This document shows positions 62,833 to 64,000 of a stretch of DNA of 64,000 bases, piece by piece. The position numbers and the translations under genes were made by a program. This DNA comes from Callorhinchus milii (taxonomy: Eukaryota): contig NW_024704742.1 in NCBI RefSeq assembly GCF_018977255.1, forward strand, positions 113,648,001-113,712,000, written 5' to 3'. The notes beneath the pieces are model-generated. The model made no database searches. It was given only the letters and a program-made list of their open reading frames with translations, and was not told where the DNA came from. The number at the start of each line of letters is the position of its first letter. Position 1 is the stretch's first letter.

Positions 62833-64000
62833 AGCAACCACAAAATTACATTTATAGAACACCTTTCACGTCGGGAGGACATCCCAAGGCACTGGACAGT
62901 CAGGGGCCAGGACCCAAGCATGGTGGGTGGGGTAGGGAGGGGTGGGGTAGGGGTGAGGGAAGGCAGAGAGGTGGGAGGGAGACTGAAAGCACAATTGAAG
63001 AGGAGAAACTTGAAGGAGGCAAGGGAGGAAGCGAGGTGAAGGGATTGTGAGATGGAGGTCCAGAGTGTGGGGGCAGAGAGGCTGAAAGCCTGGCCACCAA
63101 TGGTAGGCTAGGTCGGGCGGGAAACTCGGAGCAGGCTGGAGCTCGCTGAAAGGAGGGAGCAGGCAGGTTGGTAGGGAGTCAGCAGATCAGAGAGGTAGGA
63201 GGGGCAAGGCCCTTGGATGGCCTTGAAAGTGAGGACGATGATCTTGAAATTGATCCTCTGAGGAATGGGGAGCCAGTGGAGTCAGGCGAGGGTGGGAGTG
63301 ATGGGGTCACGGAGCCTGGTGAGTGAGAGTACACGAGCTGCAGAGTTTTGGATGATCTGCAGCTTGTGAAGGGAAGAGTTGGGAAGGCCGATGAGGAGAG
63401 AGTTTCCATAATCAAACCTTGATGTGACAAATGCGTGGGTGAGGGTTTCAGCAGCCTGAGGGGTGAGGCTGTGGCGGAGTCTGGCAATGTTGCGGAGGTG
63501 GTGGTAGGCAGTGCCGGTCATGTCATGGATGTGGGGGAGAAAGGACAGTTCAGGGTCAAACAAGATACCCAGGTTCCTGACTGGCTGAGTGAGGTTGAGT
63601 GTGCAGCCGTGGAGGCTGATGCTGCCAGCGCCCGAGGTGCGGAGGCGCTGGCACGAGCCAATCAGGAAGGCCTCAGTCTTGCTGACGTTCAGTTGGAGAA
63701 AGTTGTCCCTCGTCCATGACTTGATGTTTGATGTTGGACAGGCAGTTGGTCAGGACGCCAGTCGTCCTGGAGTTGAGGGTGGAGGCAGAGAGATAGAGTT
63801 GGGTGTCATCCGCATAAATGTGGAAATTTACCCCATGTCTGTGGATGATGTCACCAAGGGGGAGCATGTAGAGGGTGAAGAGGAGGGGACCGAGGAGAGA
63901 GCCCTGAGGAATACTGCACAAGACGGTGTGGGGGCTGGAGAGAAGCCGTTTGCAGAGGTGGTGTGAAAGGTAGGACCTGAACCAGTCAAAGCACTTCACA
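62833..64000 (-). mobile_element. L2 LINE of a related subfamily, running off the window edge
   Basis: [49 protein letters not shown]; tail CACGTCGGGAGGAC. Confidence 0.93.

Overview
Vertebrate nuclear DNA, AT-rich and mostly non-coding. The repeat content (L2/CR1 LINEs, tRNA-headed Deu-type SINEs, a Penelope-type palindrome) suggests a cartilaginous fish, possibly a chimaera/elephant shark; this is inference from recalled consensus sequences, not a search. Most listed ORFs are decayed LINE fragments or chance ORFs. The window is most likely intronic to a large minus-strand gene that I cannot name. One 148-bp exon (27089-27236) is well supported and there are several weaker candidates, including a 24-nt microexon whose splice acceptor abuts an L2 tail. 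The most interesting signals are: (1) a LINE/SINE 3' hairpin with compensatory base changes and family-specific tail microsatellites; (2) a palindromic Penelope-like element with two complementarily damaged hammerhead-like cores; (3) a very decayed Penelope-like RT plus GIY-YIG fossil; (4) the L2-adjacent microexon; (5) several ancient SINE and MITE families. I cannot establish a truly novel system from the sequence alone. Repeat boundaries are approximate.
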